Origin: Iphione sp. A-MEVVRFRX5
Lineage: Eukaryota
Direction: 5' to 3'
Length of the DNA: 64,000 nt
Assembly (NCBI GenBank): GCA_976226885.1
Contig: OZ320321.1
Location: forward strand, 56,296,001-56,360,000
The translations under genes and the position numbers were made by a program. Within the stretch, counting starts at the first letter, position 1. Each line of letters opens with the position of its first letter. Under the pieces are notes generated by a model, which searched no databases, was not told the origin of the DNA, and saw nothing but the letters and a program-made list of their open reading frames with translations. Of the stretch, positions 60,559 to 64,000 are shown one piece after another.

Positions 60559-61299
60559 TGCAGTAGAATTGTCCAGGTCCTTGACATGGAAATTCGTTGC
60601 TGCTTTAAACACATGACTCACTAGTAAGTAGGGTCCTTGACCCGACTGAAACAGGCTAAGGTCCTTGACCTTACAGTAAAAGGCTGCTCCGTAGTGTTTT
60701 TGTATAGAATAATAATATGACTCACTGCTCTTAACCATAATGATATATGACAAGGTCCTTGACCTTGACATAGGATGTTTCTATGTAATGTCTTTTAATT
60801 TAAATTGTTAATTGTGGGATAATATGTCATGGTATAACTTCAGCAATGAGGGAGGGATTGTGCATTATTTTAGCTCAATACATTGCAAGCTAGTTATGTG
60901 AAGTTACAACAGTACAGTGCCTGTCCATACTGGTCTATATCGGTTTATTGGTTTAGCATTAACTACATTATTACCATCTAAGTGTTGTATTGTACATATC
61001 ATCTTTCTGAACGCTATGTACCTACCCAAAAGTGTATAAGCTCAGAATAAATCATCTGTTAAATCAAAAATATTAAATAGTATTTTTGTCCAGGGTGATA
61101 AATATGAAATGTGACAATTGATGATATGTTTGATAGTAGTATAGCTAAGTATGTTAATAACACTAAAGATAGTTTTGGATGATATCCAATCTATCTTTAC
61201 TTCTTTATATATAGCGGTGCCATCAGTTTATTTTCCACTTTTCCGACTGACGTAGCCTCTTCTCTTCATTCATGGTTTCCAATATAATCTGTAAATCTG

Positions 61300-62915
61300 G
61301 TATTTAATTTTGGGTCTAGGGCGATGCCCTGTCCTCATTTTTATATTCTTTTTCTTACAACAAGTAACGCCAAGGTTTAGGGTGACACCCTATCCAGGTA
61401 TGAACTATGCTTACACTGCCCATTTAATTTTTCCTGATTGTTTCTTCTTCCGTAGCATGGCTTTGAATCTTTTAGGGTCTAACATTGTCAGATCAGAATC
61501 AATCATAGCCCATATTTCTCTTCTACAATATAACACACTCTGTTTAAACTTTTCTCTTCTCGGCCTAGGTATTTTCATTCTTATCCTCTTTTGGGCGTTT
61601 GCTCGTGTGTTGGGATATTTCTCTACTTCTATGTTATTTATCCTATTTCTAGGGGCCTCCAAATAACATAATCTTAGCATTGTAACTTCTCGATTTGTAA
61701 TTAATTCTCTTAGGATTTCATCTCTCTTAACCGGTTTAACTAATCCATATATTTTCCTTCTTAGACTTACTAGTCGATTATATAATGGTTGTTTCCCATT
61801 TGTTACAACAAACATCCCATAGTCTATTACCGGTACAATCATGGTGGTAATTATCTTCTTCATAATGTTCTTATTTACAAACTTCCTTATATATAGTAGC
61901 ATTCGATACTTATTGTATCCCTTACTTAGTAGTGTTCTCATATATGGACGCCAGGTTAGCCTTGAGTCCATAGTAACACCTAGGTACTTGAATGTGTTTA
62001 CCTGCTCAATTTCATTATCGCCAACATATATAGATTTCATCAGAGACATTCCACCATATGTGAATTTCATAACTTTTGTCTTATTAGCATTTAATCGTAT
62101 CTTATTTATGTTAGACCATCTTATTACTTTTGTCAATGCCTGCTGTAGTTTCACTCTACACTCCTGATCTGTTTCTGCACTTATGACCAAAGCTATGTCA
62201 TCTGCATACAAAAGACTGACCACATCTCCTATATAATTCGGCAGATCATTAATATACATACTAAATAAGGTGGGACCCAAAATGGATCCTTGTGGTACCC
62301 CTGTTTTAATTAATTGGTAATTTGATAATTCCTTTCCCACTTTGACACACTGCTGTCTATTTTCCAGATAATTCGACAACAGGGGTCTATACTGCGACAG
62401 GCCAAACCAATCTAACTTTTTTATCATTATGTCATGATTTACACTGTCAAAAGCTTTAGCAAAATCGATAAAGCATACATATAAAGATTTACCATCATTT
62501 AAACTTCTGTGTATGTGGTCTTGTAATTCAGTTATTGCTAGTTCAGTTCCTCGCCCCTTACGAAAACCAAACTGCATCGGATCTAATAGGCCATTTTCTT
62601 CTAAGTGTTTGTGAAACCTCACATTTAGCATCCTTTCCATTATCTTTACTGGTGCGGGTAATAAACTAATTGGCCTGTAGTTTTTACATTCATTTCGATT
62701 TGTTTTCCTCCTTTATAAACAGGTATGACAGTGGCAGATTTCCATTGTTGCGGCATACAGGACTCAAAAAGACATCTATTATAAAATTCTAAAAGAGTGT
62801 GACTCATAGTAATGAAAAGTTTTTTAAATAAGCTCGCCGGAAAGTCTTGAAAGCATGTCGCCTTATTATTTGCTAAGCTATTTACTGCATATGACAGCTA
62901 TTTACTGCATATGAC
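61300..62915 (-). mobile_element. 5'-truncated CR1/L2-type LINE, tail-to-tail with and related to the LINE at 57-60 kb
   Basis: ORF 61411-62640 has FIDFAKAFD, QGSILGP, YADD. A frameshifted upstream part (QQWKSATVIP...NYRPISLL) reaches ~62900, where there is a 20-bp tandem duplication (62876-62915). Confidence 0.93.
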
Positions 62916-62929
62916 GATTATAGATTACA

Positions 62930-63560
62930 ATTATGACACCGAGAATTTCACACCTATAATGTAAAAAACTCAAGTCGATAGTAAACTTCGTGCCTGTTCT
63001 AACCTTGATGAAATCACATGTAGAGTGTATTTCAAGAAAGTTGTCTACACAACTGTATATTCTCTCCAAGGTTTTAGATCCCTTGGCTGAATTTGCTGCA
63101 ATTACAATTTATAAGTCACTTATGTTAGCAGTGATTGACTATTGCAATGCCTTTATAACGTGTACTCCATTAGCATATGAAGATTGTTTATAAAAGGTGC
63201 AGAGTGGAACACTAAGCTTCATTTATAGAACATTTCATAAAGGAAGAGCACAATATTAAATGAATTACATCAATATTTCAATATTAGTAAATATAAAATT
63301 TCTCTCACTGACCTAATGTTTACAGGTATTCCACTAAATATAGTTGCAAAGAGAGATGCAGTAACTTGCCTATCAGACTGGATGATGGACCAGCTTTCCA
63401 ACTACCTCTTCCAAAAACTAAAACAATACAGAAGTGAATTGCATTCCTTGGCCCCAAAACATGGAATGATCTTGATGCCATAGTTAGGAATATCTCAGGA
63501 AAAATCTCTTGCCTATTAGTAAAATTCTAGTTAACTACTAACAAACCATATCATTAACAT
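62930..63560 (+). pseudogene. Decayed LINE 3' fragment
   Basis: ITIYKSLMLAVIDYCN in ORF 62990-63193 and a WNDL-like motif near 63460. Confidence 0.6.
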
Positions 63561-64000
63561 ATCATTTAACAAAACTCCTGTAATCTCATTGTTAATCAGC
63601 CCATCCATACATAAGTAGTCAGTGTGGATAGAGTCGTCTGGTCCCTTTCTGTGAAACTGCCATTATAATGATGACAGAGGGAAAATAAATTGTTTTTAAA
63701 TCAAATCAAGAAAAGAATTTTGATATACATTAAATTTTGATCTAAACCATTGTTCTCCATATTAAATAATCATTTCATGTTATCTAATGTATCCCTCAAA
63801 TTTTCCTGGAAAAAATAAAAGAACACACGTTTTCACCTTCCAAGGTTTAACAATACCAGCATTTTTATGCAGAGAAATAAGTCGCGTGACATTATCTTAC
63901 CACAGCACCCTAATACTATTAGAATGGTTATAACTCCGCCAAGTAATGACCTCCGTCTGGAACCTCCCAGCGTTTTTGCCCGCCCCCCCCAAGGGTAAAG

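Larger units (their letters stand above)
55400..60800 (+). mobile_element. Near-intact CR1/L2-type LINE with SGNH-esterase ORF1 and APE-RT ORF2
   Basis: Esterase ORF 55787-56401, AT-rich spacer, ORF2 57127-60558, 3' UTR with repeated palindromes; boundaries approximate. Confidence 0.85.

Noticed and set aside
1-64000. tRNA, rRNA or tRNA-derived SINE genes
   Set aside because: No A/B-box cloverleaf or rRNA-like sequence recognised; the only tRNA-related sequence is the PBS

Overview
AT-rich animal (probably invertebrate) genomic DNA made up largely of transposons; no host gene can be named with confidence. The main feature is a very young, GC-rich Ty3/Gypsy LTR retrotransposon (36687-46958, +). 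It has 310-bp LTRs differing at 1 base, an ATAT target-site duplication, a tRNA-Leu PBS, a PPT and a gag/-1 frameshift/pro-pol layout. In the position where errantiviruses carry env, it carries a ~1500-aa in-frame extension of integrase. This extension has two C2H2 zinc fingers, NLS-like and SIM-like motifs, ~1000 aa of low-complexity sequence and an unrecognised ~106-aa C-terminal domain. A donor just after the gag start and an acceptor at 42516 would splice in frame, so the protein could come from an env-like subgenomic mRNA; this is my best candidate for an undescribed system. Also present: a Neptune-like Penelope element with a hammerhead ribozyme core at its 3' end, a near-intact CR1/L2-type LINE with an SGNH-esterase ORF1 and a 609-bp in-frame tandem duplication, several truncated or decayed LINEs, decayed DIRS/Ngaro and Gypsy remnants, two TA-flanked MITEs, and micro/minisatellites. 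All alignments and motif calls were made by eye; no searches were run.
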